This document shows positions 27,339 through 36,026 of a stretch of 39,233 bases of DNA, one piece after another (the stretch's first letter is position 1; each line of letters starts with the position of its first letter). The DNA comes from a virus (lineage: Duplodnaviria > Caudoviricetes): IMG/VR virus record IMGVR_UViG_3300031922_000051, positions 1 through 39,233 of that record. One strand, 5' to 3'. Made by a program: the position numbers and the translations under genes. A model generated the notes under the pieces. That model did no database searches, was not told where the DNA came from, and was given only the letters and a program-made list of their open reading frames with translations.

Positions 27339-27542
27339 ATGAATCGAAAAGAGGAAAAAGAGTCTAGGATTTTATCGATAACGGGTCAATCTACTTATCT
27401 TTATCAGGAAGCTCCCTCCATAAGACTGCATGGCAAATGGTTGGGGAAGTTAGGCTTTAGGATAGGAGAAAAGGTTTTAGTGGAAGAAGGGTACAGACAT
27501 TTGACGATATCAGTCATTACCCCTGAAGAAGAAATAGTGTAG
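27339..27542 (+). CDS. SymE-family type I toxin-like protein
   Basis: P.IRL.GKWL..LGF.IG..V.V AbrB-like SymE signature; AAAGGAG RBS. Confidence 0.8.
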   Translation: MNRKEEKESRILSITGQSTYLYQEAPSIRLHGKWLGKLGFRIGEKVLVEEGYRHLTISVITPEEEIV

Positions 27543-27645
27543 CAAAAATCAGTAGGAAATAAGAAGCGAAAGTAGTGTGAAAAGAGGCTTGGGTAAATAT
27601 GTCCGGCCTTCTTTGCATATGGAGACATTCCCCTTAAAAGAAAAC

Positions 27646-27720
27646 ACAGAGATTGTTAAACTCAATAATTTGAAATCAACGACTATCTATGCCAGTCAAA
27701 AACTGAAAATCCCTAACTAG
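27646..27720 (+). pseudogene. Remnant of a LysM domain C-terminus (lysin 3' end)
   Basis: Translates as TEIVKLNNLKSTTIYASQKLKIPN*, matching the LysM consensus I..LN.L....I..GQ.L.IP; no RBS. Confidence 0.75.
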
Positions 27721-27725
27721 GTATG

Positions 27726-27766
27726 ATGCCCTTGGAGGTTTAAAACTTCCTTGGGCATTTTTTTAT
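27726..27766 (+). repeat. Direct repeat / terminator, copy 1
   Basis: ATGCCCTTGGAGGTTTAAAACTTCCTTGGGCAT(n)AT; same as 29795-29836 except for T-run length. Confidence 0.9.
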
Positions 27767-27863
27767 AAAAAATTGTGTGAAAGATAAAAATACTAATTTT
27801 GCTCTTTGGGAGTATATTGATAAGCTTTAATTTAAAGCAATTTAACAAAGTTAAAAAAGGTAA

Positions 27864-27892
27864 TTGACAACAAACCAGTTATAACTTAAAAT
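27864..27892 (+). promoter_or_regulatory. Near-consensus sigma-A promoter with a palindrome in the spacer
   Basis: TTGACA-N17-TAAAAT; AGTTATAACT palindrome at 27877-27886. Confidence 0.75.
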
Positions 27893-27954
27893 GACAGTTA
27901 GATAAAGTGATTATAAAAAAACTTAAACTAACCCATTGCAAGGAGGAATATTCA

Positions 27955-28479
27955 ATGATAAAAAAATCATGGAAAAGTAACGAATGTCATGCAGGGTTGG
28001 AGTATTTTATTGATGAGATAGACCCACATCAAGATACTTCAAGGTCAGGTAAAGTTAATCGGGCAATTGTTAAAGCAAAAAATCTTTCTGACGACGATTG
28101 GAAAAAATTAATGAAGGAACTAAAATTATTTAAGAAAAATGAGTTGTCCCAAATTGATGTTCAGACACCTACAGCTATGCAGGTTAAAATTGAAGAGGAG
28201 TTGGAGAGCGATCTAGAAATTATAGAAGAAAATATAAAAAGGGCACTTGAATTGAAGACACTACAGACGCAATTCGAGATTCAACTCCTTTGGCTGAATT
28301 ATCTTAACTGTTTGAAAGAAGAAACGATGAATGTTGGTGAGAGTAGTAAGCCTAAAGACAAGAATTTGACTGGACCTGATATAGTAAAAAAAATAGTGCA
28401 GATTATACTCTTGAACAGAGACAAAGACAAGAAAGTTATAGAAAAAATTAAAAATATACTGCTAGAGTGGGAGGAATAG
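27955..28479 (+). CDS. Hypothetical protein (cassette gene 1)
   Basis: AAGGAGG RBS before ATG 27955; AT-rich; no family recognised. Confidence 0.75.
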   Translation: MIKKSWKSNECHAGLEYFIDEIDPHQDTSRSGKVNRAIVKAKNLSDDDWKKLMKELKLFKKNELSQIDVQTPTAMQVKIEEELESDLEIIEENIKRALELKTLQTQFEIQLLWLNYLNCLKEETMNVGESSKPKDKNLTGPDIVKKIVQIILLNRDKDKKVIEKIKNILLEWEE

Positions 28480-28482
28480 AGT

Positions 28483-28686
28483 ATGAAAAATCCTATTAAC
28501 ACTTGGTCATTAAAATATGTACAAATGCTTAGAAGAAAAAGTACCTGTATAGGTAAGCCAATATCATATACATTTACTTCTTTTGATAGGCAGCAGGCAA
28601 TCGCCAAGCTTCAAGTTCTGTATCCTAATGGGAGAATAAATCCTTCATTTGCAGATAGAATACTTTATCTTTCGGAGCTATATTAA
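28483..28686 (+). CDS. Small hypothetical protein (cassette gene 2)
   Basis: GGAGG RBS in the end of the upstream gene; fills the operon gap. Confidence 0.55.
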   Translation: MKNPINTWSLKYVQMLRRKSTCIGKPISYTFTSFDRQQAIAKLQVLYPNGRINPSFADRILYLSELY

Positions 28687-28699
28687 GGAGGTTCTGCTG

Positions 28700-29191
28700 A
28701 TGAATAGAGCAGAAGCAATGCAAACTGTTGAAAGTCTGCTGAAGAAAAACTTTAAGTATCTATATAAAAAGGAAAAGCTGAATATTTTCAAGTTCCATCT
28801 TTCGTTTCAAATGGATAGCAAGACACATGAATTACAAACAAGTATGGATTTTCAAGATACCTGGGTTGATATTTTAACTTTTATTTCCCCAACTGCTTTG
28901 AAAGTTGGGTGTGATGAATATTATGAAGTTCTTAAGACAGTAAATTATGTGAATTGGTATACTAAAGCTAATGGACGTTTTTATGTGGATACATACGGTG
29001 ATCTGGCTTATAGCTTGCGTATAAAGTATGATTTTCTAGATGCTGAACCCCACATGGCAATAAGTGAGATTGAGGCAGCTATTGATTACTATTCAGACTT
29101 ATTTATCCCATTACTGGATGTTTGTTTAGGCAAGAAATTATTTCATGATGCAAAAGTATTTATTGATGAAATGTGGGGTGATATAGAATGA
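28700..29191 (+). CDS. YbjN-like (T3SS-chaperone fold) protein (cassette gene 3)
   Basis: AAGGAGG RBS; VNYVN.....GRFYVD..GDL.Y pattern resembles YbjN; fold call is tentative. Confidence 0.55.
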   Translation: MNRAEAMQTVESLLKKNFKYLYKKEKLNIFKFHLSFQMDSKTHELQTSMDFQDTWVDILTFISPTALKVGCDEYYEVLKTVNYVNWYTKANGRFYVDTYGDLAYSLRIKYDFLDAEPHMAISEIEAAIDYYSDLFIPLLDVCLGKKLFHDAKVFIDEMWGDIE

Positions 29192-29715
29192 AAGAAGAAT
29201 ATGAATTGAAACTTCAGGACGAATTTTCCTTCATGAAAAGAGATATGACTATAAAGGATAGAAGTACAATTCGTAATATTTATCAGGCATGGGGATGCGA
29301 ATGCTCTGGAGGGTGGTATCCATTGATAAGAGAACTCTGTCAGACTATAACCGATAGGTATACACAAGATGGCATTCCTGTTGATATTGTTGTAAAACAG
29401 ATAAAAGAGAAATTCGCAAGTCTTAGGTTTTATTATTCCTTTGAAGATACGCCATGTGCTTTGCAGGCCATTGATTTTCTTGGAGGTTCTTCTTTACGAT
29501 TTGAACCATATAATGAAAATGATGATGATGCCAAAAAGAAATTAAGGCATGATATTTCACAAATTGTTCGTGCATTTGAGAACAAAAGTAAAGCAATCTG
29601 CGAATACTGTGGGAAAGAAGGAATCATCAGAATGGATATGCGTTGGAAAAAAACTCTTTGTAATGAGTGCTATAATAATTATCTTAAGAAACTTGAAGAA
29701 AGACAGAAAAAATAA
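29188..29715 (+). CDS. Hypothetical protein with a C-terminal Zn ribbon (cassette gene 4)
   Basis: C..GW..LI..L, QIKEKF..LRFY, S..ICEYCG..G....W..TLC..C. Confidence 0.75.
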   Translation: MKEEYELKLQDEFSFMKRDMTIKDRSTIRNIYQAWGCECSGGWYPLIRELCQTITDRYTQDGIPVDIVVKQIKEKFASLRFYYSFEDTPCALQAIDFLGGSSLRFEPYNENDDDAKKKLRHDISQIVRAFENKSKAICEYCGKEGIIRMDMRWKKTLCNECYNNYLKKLEERQKK

Positions 29716-29794
29716 CAATTGAAATAACATAAACGGTAACACATACCAAGCTATGCCGATACTTTTTTAGAATTGAAAATACCTAAATAGAACT

Positions 29795-29836
29795 ATGCCC
29801 TTGGAGGTTTAAAACTTCCTTGGGCATTTTTTTTAT
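29795..29836 (+). repeat. Direct repeat / terminator, copy 2
   Basis: Matches 27726-27766; preceded by TTG AAA ATA CCT AAA TAG (LKIPK*). Confidence 0.9.
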
Positions 29837-29837
29837 T

Positions 29838-29877
29838 AAACCGTCAGATTTATGTATCTCCTGTGGCTACCAGGTAG
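29838..29877 (+). promoter_or_regulatory. Repeated motif B, copy 1
   Basis: AAACCrTCAGATTT-N11-GTGGCTACCAGGTAG; repeated at 34131-34170 with the same spacing. Confidence 0.65.
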
Positions 29878-29919
29878 AGGGCAACAAATAAAAGCGCCCT
29901 TCAGAAAGAGGTGATGGAT

Positions 29920-30138
29920 ATGAAACACAATCTAAAAATTAGTGTTTCAAAGAAACCACAGACAGGTGGAATTGTTACTTACCGTAACTTTTCCGCGAGG
30001 GAGCGCATCCTTCGATTCCTTCTTGGGGGAAAACAGCGTGTAACGATTGTAATCCCCGGAGACAGCATCGAGGAACTCTCTATCTGTGAGATGACGAAAG
30101 GAGGAAATGACCTTGAGCAAAATAAAGTTACTGCTTGA
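29920..30138 (+). CDS. Conserved phage hypothetical protein
   Basis: GAGGTG RBS; MKH.L.ISVSK.P..GGIV...RER.LR.LLG...PGDS. Confidence 0.75.
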   Translation: MKHNLKISVSKKPQTGGIVTYRNFSARERILRFLLGGKQRVTIVIPGDSIEELSICEMTKGGNDLEQNKVTA

Positions 30139-30430
30139 TGTGGTAAATGATATGCGAAGTCTTGCTGGTAGCATACAAGCGGTTTGTGAGGCAATGGCAG
30201 ATAGCGATTCTGCTCCAAAAGAAGCACCTAACACAAAGACAGATAAAGCAAATGAGCCGGATATTTCGCTGGAAAAAGTGAGAATGGTACTTGCCGAAAA
30301 AAGTCAGCTTGGCTATACCGCTGAAGTGCGGGGCATCATTGGGAAGTATGGTGCTGACAAGTTAAGTGCTGTTGATAAGGCTTATTATGCTGACATCTTG
30401 AAAGATGCGGAGGTTCTTGGGAATGGGTAA
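30107..30430 (+). CDS. Conserved phage protein preceding DUF2800
   Basis: LE.VR.VLAEKS..G.T.EVR..I.KYGA.KLS.VD motif; GGAGG RBS (TTG 30113 is an alternative start). Confidence 0.75.
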   Translation: MTLSKIKLLLDVVNDMRSLAGSIQAVCEAMADSDSAPKEAPNTKTDKANEPDISLEKVRMVLAEKSQLGYTAEVRGIIGKYGADKLSAVDKAYYADILKDAEVLGNG

Positions 30431-31559
30431 TCATGCAATATTATCTGCATCTTCATCACACAGATGGCTTCATTGTTTACCGTCTGCAAGGCTTGAACTT
30501 GAGTTTGAAAACACAAATGGAGAAGCAGCAAAAGAAGGTACAGCAGCCCATGCCCTCTCTGAACACAAGCTAAAAAAGGCACTTCGAATCAGAAGTAAGA
30601 GGCCTACATCAGAGTATGATTCAGATGAAATGGAAGAATGCACCGATGCCTACGTTGACTTCATCATGGAGCAGGTAGAACTTGCAAGAAAGTCCTGTAC
30701 AGATCCTATCGTTCTTATTGAACAACGTCTTGACTTCTCTTGTTATGTTCCAGATGGTTTTGGGACAGGAGATTGTGTGATCATCTCAGATGATAGACTT
30801 CACATCGTAGATTTCAAATATGGTATGGGCGTGCTAGTGGATGCAGAGGACAATCCACAGATGAAACTGTATACATTAGGCGCTTTAGAGATTTATGACA
30901 GCCTATACGACATCAAAGAAATATCAATGACAATTTTTCAACCACGAAGAGAAAATGTCAGCACATGGACTGTTCCGGTAGAAGAACTTAAAGCCTGGGC
31001 AGAAGAGGAACTAAAACCAAAAGCCGCAAAAGCCTATCAAGGTGAAGGTGAATATATGCCTGGTCCGTGGTGTACTTTCTGCAGAGCATCCAGCAGATGT
31101 CGCGCGAGGGCTGATGAAAATCTGAAACTAGCACAGATGGAGTTTAAGATGCCACCGTTACTTACAGATAGTGAGATAGAAGAAGTTCTAACCATTCTTC
31201 CCGACCTTACCAAATGGGCGAATGAGATAACTGCTTATGCGACAGACGCTGCAGTCAATCACGGTAAAGAGTGGCATGGTTTTAAGGTTGTGGAAGGTCG
31301 ATCTGTTCGAAAGTATAAAGATGAAAATGCAGTAGCAGAAAAAGCTGTCATCAGCGGATACAAGGACATTTATCGTAAGAGCCTCATCCCTATGACAGAG
31401 ATGCAAAAATTGATGGGTAAAACCAAATTTGAGGAAATTCTAGGAAACCTCATTTATAAACCACCGGGCAAGCCGACTCTTGTCCCCAATTCGGATAAAA
31501 GACCGGCGATGAACGTTGCTGATGCAAAAAACGAATTTAACGAAATTATGGAGGGTTAA
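30423..31559 (+). CDS. DUF2800 PD-(D/E)xK (Cas4/RecB-like) nuclease
   Basis: HA.LSASS..RW..C, EGT.AH, GTGD, DFKYG, NPQ..LY, WC.FC.....C. Confidence 0.9.
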   Translation: MGNHAILSASSSHRWLHCLPSARLELEFENTNGEAAKEGTAAHALSEHKLKKALRIRSKRPTSEYDSDEMEECTDAYVDFIMEQVELARKSCTDPIVLIEQRLDFSCYVPDGFGTGDCVIISDDRLHIVDFKYGMGVLVDAEDNPQMKLYTLGALEIYDSLYDIKEISMTIFQPRRENVSTWTVPVEELKAWAEEELKPKAAKAYQGEGEYMPGPWCTFCRASSRCRARADENLKLAQMEFKMPPLLTDSEIEEVLTILPDLTKWANEITAYATDAAVNHGKEWHGFKVVEGRSVRKYKDENAVAEKAVISGYKDIYRKSLIPMTEMQKLMGKTKFEEILGNLIYKPPGKPTLVPNSDKRPAMNVADAKNEFNEIMEG

Positions 31560-31563
31560 TATT

Positions 31564-32115
31564 ATGAGTAAAATCGAAAACAGAACTAAAGTTATTACAG
31601 GTGTAAACACAAGGCTTTCTTATTTTCACGGATGGGAGCCAGTATCCATCAACGGTGGCGCAGAAAAATATAGCGTATCTGTGCTTATTCCCAAAGACGA
31701 TACAGAAACCATTAATGCTATAAATGCTGCAGTGGATGCAGCCATTGAGGAAGGCATCGCTAAATTTGGTGGAAAGAAACCGAACAAAGCGGCAATTAAG
31801 CTGCCACTGCGTGACGGAGATGTAGAGCGTGATGATGAGGCTTATAAAGGCCATTACTTCATCAATGCAAATAGCAAGACAGCGCCACAGATTGTAGACA
31901 AAAGTGTTAAGCCGATACTGGATCGTAGCGAGGTATACAGCGGTTGTTATGGCAGGGTTTCTCTTAACTTCTATGCTTTCAACTCAAATGGTAATAAAGG
32001 TGTAGCTTGTGGTCTTGGTAACATTCAAAAAATTAGAGACGGAGAACCTCTAGGCGGTAAGACTTCTGCAGTAGATGATTTTACGACTCTTGTAGATGAT
32101 GACTTCCTTGCCTAA
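31564..32115 (+). CDS. DUF2815 single-stranded DNA-binding protein (T7 gp2.5-like)
   Basis: RLSY, KYS...LIPK.D, PLRDGD, YSGCY, GL.NIQ...DGEPL; acidic tail DDDFLA. Confidence 0.9.
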   Translation: MSKIENRTKVITGVNTRLSYFHGWEPVSINGGAEKYSVSVLIPKDDTETINAINAAVDAAIEEGIAKFGGKKPNKAAIKLPLRDGDVERDDEAYKGHYFINANSKTAPQIVDKSVKPILDRSEVYSGCYGRVSLNFYAFNSNGNKGVACGLGNIQKIRDGEPLGGKTSAVDDFTTLVDDDFLA

Positions 32116-32134
32116 AAGGAATAGAAAACTTGAT

Positions 32135-32166
32135 GGTGGTGGAGGACTTCCCTCTGCCACTTTTTT
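32135..32166 (+). terminator. Intrinsic terminator between SSB and polymerase
   Basis: GGTGGTGGAGG-acttc-CCTCTGCCAC followed by a T run. Confidence 0.65.
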
Positions 32167-32187
32167 CATTTAGGAAAGGTGGTAGCT

Positions 32188-34128
32188 ATGAAGAACTTAG
32201 AAATTGATATCGAAACCTATTCATCTACAAATCTACAAAAAAGTGGTGTTTATCGTTACGTAGAAGCAGATGATTTTGAGGTGATGCTGTTTGGTTATGC
32301 GGTTGACGGTGATGAAATTAAGGTCATCGATTTGATGAATGGAGAAAAGATTCCAAAAGAAATCCTAGATGCCTTAACCGATGAAACCATTACGAAGTGG
32401 GCATTTAATGCTCAGTTTGAGCGAGTATGCCTTTCACGTTATTTGGGCTATCCCACTGGGACTTATCTAAATCCTTCCTCATGGAAATGTTCCATGGTTT
32501 GGTCTGCCTATATGGGTTTACCTCTTTCTTTAGAAGGTGTGGGAGCCGTTCTTGGGCTTGAAAAACAAAAACTGACGGCAGGGAAAGACCTTATCAGATA
32601 TTTTTGTGTTCCGTGTAATCCTACCAAAACAAATGGTGGTAGAAACCGTAATCTACCAAGTGATGAAATGGAAAAGTGGCAGAAGTTTGTAGCCTATAAC
32701 AAGCGTGATGTTGAAACAGAAATGTTAATTCAGCAAAGACTTATTAAGTTTCCTGTGCCAGATGAAATATGGGATGAATATCATCTGGACCAGGAAATTA
32801 ATGACCGTGGCATTAAGGTAGACATGGATTTTGTAAAACAGGCGATTGCTACAGATAAGATTTCTCACACTAAGTTGATGAGTCAGATGCAGGAAATAAC
32901 AGAACTTGATAACCCTAACTCAGTACAGCAGATGAAAGGTTGGCTCGCTGAAAATGGTCTTGAGACAGACACTCTTGGCAAAAAGGCTGTGGCAGAACTA
33001 TTAAAGGATGCACCGGATGATTTGTCTGAAGTTCTTAAACTCCGTCAGCAGCTTGCAAAATCGTCCGTTAAGAAATATACGGCAATGGAAAATGCTGTTT
33101 GTGCAGATTCACGTGCCAGAGGGATGTTCCAATTTTATGGTGCAAACAGAACCGGTCGCTTTGCAGGAAGGCTTGTGCAGTTACAAAATCTACCTCAGAA
33201 CCATATGCCGGATTTAAAAGAGGCACGAGGCATAGTAAAGAGCGGTGATCATGAAACCCTTGAAATGCTCTACGATGATATACCTGACACGCTCTCACAG
33301 CTTATCCGTACAGCCTTTGTACCAAAAGAAGGCAGTAAGTTTATCGTTGCAGACTTTTCAGCAATTGAGGCTCGTGTGCTGTCATGGCTCGCTGGTGAAC
33401 AGTGGCGAAGTGAAGTTTTCTCAAATGGCGGTGATATATATTGTGCATCGGCATCACAGATGTTTAGAGTCCCTGTTGAAAAGCATGGTGTAAATGCTCA
33501 TTTAAGGCAAAAAGGAAAAATTGCAGAATTGGCACTTGGTTATGGTGGATCAGTGGGTGCTTTAAAGGCTATGGGAGCCTTAGAGATGGGAATTTTAGAA
33601 GAAGAACTGAAACCACTTGTAGGTGCCTGGAGGCAGGCCAATCCATACATCGTAAAATTCTGGTGGGATGTGGATAGAGAAGTTAAGAAGTGCATTAAGG
33701 AACAAAAGTCTCAGGAAGTTCAAAATATCAAGTTTCATTACATGAGTGGAATGCTGTTTATTGTTCTTCCTTCTGGCAGAAAGCTTGCCTATGTAAAGCC
33801 TCGTATTGGAGAAAATATCTTCGGAGGTGAATCAGTTACTTATGAGGGAGTTTGTGCTACAAAAAAATGGGAGCGGCTTGAAAGCTATGGACCCAAGTTT
33901 GTAGAAAACATTGTTCAAGCCATCTCCCGTGATATTTTAATGTATGCTATGAAGACACTTAGCACTTGTAGCATTGTGGCTCATGTACACGATGAAGTAA
34001 TTATTGAGGCTGATCAAAGCCTGTCACTTGATATGGTATGCAAGCAGATGGGCAGAGTTCCTCCCTGGGCAAAGGGATTGCTCCTTGATGCCGATGGCTA
34101 CGAATGCGATTTTTATAAGAAAGATTAA
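32188..34128 (+). CDS. Phage DNA polymerase, family A
   Basis: Exo I DIET, FNAQFE; TGRF, motif A DFSAIEAR, motif B RQKGK..ELALGYG, motif C VHDE. Confidence 0.95.
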   Translation: MKNLEIDIETYSSTNLQKSGVYRYVEADDFEVMLFGYAVDGDEIKVIDLMNGEKIPKEILDALTDETITKWAFNAQFERVCLSRYLGYPTGTYLNPSSWKCSMVWSAYMGLPLSLEGVGAVLGLEKQKLTAGKDLIRYFCVPCNPTKTNGGRNRNLPSDEMEKWQKFVAYNKRDVETEMLIQQRLIKFPVPDEIWDEYHLDQEINDRGIKVDMDFVKQAIATDKISHTKLMSQMQEITELDNPNSVQQMKGWLAENGLETDTLGKKAVAELLKDAPDDLSEVLKLRQQLAKSSVKKYTAMENAVCADSRARGMFQFYGANRTGRFAGRLVQLQNLPQNHMPDLKEARGIVKSGDHETLEMLYDDIPDTLSQLIRTAFVPKEGSKFIVADFSAIEARVLSWLAGEQWRSEVFSNGGDIYCASASQMFRVPVEKHGVNAHLRQKGKIAELALGYGGSVGALKAMGALEMGILEEELKPLVGAWRQANPYIVKFWWDVDREVKKCIKEQKSQEVQNIKFHYMSGMLFIVLPSGRKLAYVKPRIGENIFGGESVTYEGVCATKKWERLESYGPKFVENIVQAISRDILMYAMKTLSTCSIVAHVHDEVIIEADQSLSLDMVCKQMGRVPPWAKGLLLDADGYECDFYKKD

Positions 34129-34130
34129 AG

Positions 34131-34170
34131 AAACCATCAGATTTCACCTCCCGCCGTGGCTACCAGGTAG
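34131..34170 (+). promoter_or_regulatory. Repeated motif B, copy 2
   Basis: Matches 29838-29877; runs into the AGGAGGTG RBS of the next gene. Confidence 0.65.
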
Positions 34171-34183
34171 GAGGTGTTTTTCT

Positions 34184-34399
34184 ATGAACATTATTGAAGT
34201 GAAAGATGGTTCTCCTATCAAGGGTGAGACAGAACCGATATCAGAAGAACAGTTACAGAAAGAATATGACTTTTATATAGCTGAGAGTATTGTTGGCATG
34301 CTCTATAAAGAGGGCAAGATTACACAAGATGAACTACACAAAATATCAGCATTAAACCGCCAGAAATTCTCTCCGAAGTTAGCCGAGATAATGTCCTGA
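34184..34399 (+). CDS. Small SHOCT-like protein preceding the recombinases
   Basis: EY....A......L...G.IT.DE..KI...N...F.P.LA.I; AGGAGGTG RBS. Confidence 0.75.
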   Translation: MNIIEVKDGSPIKGETEPISEEQLQKEYDFYIAESIVGMLYKEGKITQDELHKISALNRQKFSPKLAEIMS

Positions 34400-34403
34400 A
34401 ACA

Positions 34404-34437
34404 CTTGCTATTATTGCCTTTTAGAGTGATATATGTA
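34404..34437 (+). promoter_or_regulatory. Repeated motif A, copy 2
   Basis: CTTGCTA...TTTTAGAGTGATATATGTA upstream of the recombinase operon. Confidence 0.65.
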
Positions 34438-34457
34438 ATAGCAGAAAGTGAGGTGAG

Positions 34458-36026
34458 ATGATGAAAAAGATAACGAAAATAGATGGACTGCCCAAATCAC
34501 AGTCATCAAAAAGCAAACTTCGAGTCGCCGCTTATGTAAGGGTTTCAACGGATAGTGATGACCAGCTGGTAAGCCTTAAAGCTCAGCGGGAACACTATGA
34601 AAACTATATTAAATCCAATCCAGAATGGGAATTTGCCGGGCTTTATTATGACGAAGGCATATCAGGCACCAAGAAGGAAAAACGACCTGAACTTCTCCGG
34701 ATGATTCGTGATTGTGAAAGTAATAGGATTGATTTTATTATCACCAAATCCATCAGTCGTTTTGCACGAAATACCACGGATTGCCTAGAACTGGTAAGGC
34801 ACCTAATGGATATCGGTGTTTATATTTATTTTGAAAAAGAAAATCTGAATACAGGTGATATGGAAAGTGAATTAATGCTTTCTATTTTATCTGGTTTTGC
34901 TGCTGAAGAGTCCGCGTCTATTTCACAGAACACAACATGGTCAATCAGTAAAAAGTTTCAAAATGGCAGTTACATTATTGGCACTCCGCCATATGGCTAT
35001 GCAAACGTAAATGGTGAGATGGTTATTGTTCCTGAAGAAGCTGAAATAATCAAACGTATTTTTGCAGAGTGCCTTTCAGGGAAAGGTGGAAGTGTTATCG
35101 CAAAAGGCCTGAACAAGGACAAAATCCTTGCAAGAAGGGGCAATCATTGGAGTTCTGGTACGGTGATTGATATGCTTCGTAACGAAAAATACAAAGGTGA
35201 TGTGCTTTTCCAAAAGACCTACACGGATAGCAACTTCAATCGACACATTAACAATGGAGAGAAAGATCAGTTTTACTGCAAGGATCATCATGAACCGATC
35301 ATCAGCAGAGAAGTATTTTCCAAGGCTCAAAAGCTGATAACTCAAAGAGCAAAATCTATGAGCAAAACTGCTAACAAGAAAGCTTATCAAAACAGGTATG
35401 TGCTAAGTGGCAGAATCCTATGTGGAGAGTGCGGCAGTAAATTCAAGAGAAGAACAAACTACTCTGTTGGCAGAAGTTATATTGCTTGGAGCTGCAAAGG
35501 ACACATTGAAGACAAGGACAGCTGCTCCATGTTATTTTTGCGTGATGGAGAGATAAAAGCAACATTCTCAACCATGATGAATAAGCTCGCATTCAGCAAA
35601 AAGCTAATACTAGAGCCACTTTTTGATTCTATAAACAAGATTGATGAAGAATGCGATCTTGCAAGAATTGATGCCATAGATAAACGCATGGAGCAATTAA
35701 CCGAAGAACGCAATACACTGATTGGTCTTATGACAAAAGGGTTTCTTGAATCAGCTCTTTTTAACAAGGAACGAAATGTTCTGGATAAAGAAATAAAAAA
35801 TATTACTGCTGAGAAGACGAACCTAGTCATGTCATTTACAAGTGGCTCTTCTCAGGCAGATGATGTAAAGGCACTTCTTGATTATGTGTCAGCAGATAAT
35901 TTTGATGGCATTTTTACAGATGAAGCTTTTGAAAAGTTTGTAGAAAAAATCATTGTAAACTCAAGGGATGAGCTAACCTTTAAAATGAAATGTGGGCTTT
36001 CCCTTATAGAAAAGGTGGTGAGATAA
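34458..36026 (+). CDS. Large serine recombinase
   Basis: [30 protein letters not shown] recombinase domain, CGECG Zn ribbon, coiled coil. Confidence 0.95.
   Translation: MMKKITKIDGLPKSQSSKSKLRVAAYVRVSTDSDDQLVSLKAQREHYENYIKSNPEWEFAGLYYDEGISGTKKEKRPELLRMIRDCESNRIDFIITKSISRFARNTTDCLELVRHLMDIGVYIYFEKENLNTGDMESELMLSILSGFAAEESASISQNTTWSISKKFQNGSYIIGTPPYGYANVNGEMVIVPEEAEIIKRIFAECLSGKGGSVIAKGLNKDKILARRGNHWSSGTVIDMLRNEKYKGDVLFQKTYTDSNFNRHINNGEKDQFYCKDHHEPIISREVFSKAQKLITQRAKSMSKTANKKAYQNRYVLSGRILCGECGSKFKRRTNYSVGRSYIAWSCKGHIEDKDSCSMLFLRDGEIKATFSTMMNKLAFSKKLILEPLFDSINKIDEECDLARIDAIDKRMEQLTEERNTLIGLMTKGFLESALFNKERNVLDKEIKNITAEKTNLVMSFTSGSSQADDVKALLDYVSADNFDGIFTDEAFEKFVEKIIVNSRDELTFKMKCGLSLIEKVVR

Noticed and set aside
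30423-31559. Cas4-like nuclease as evidence of a CRISPR system
   Set aside because: No repeat-spacer array or other cas gene seen; it sits in its usual SSB/PolA context.
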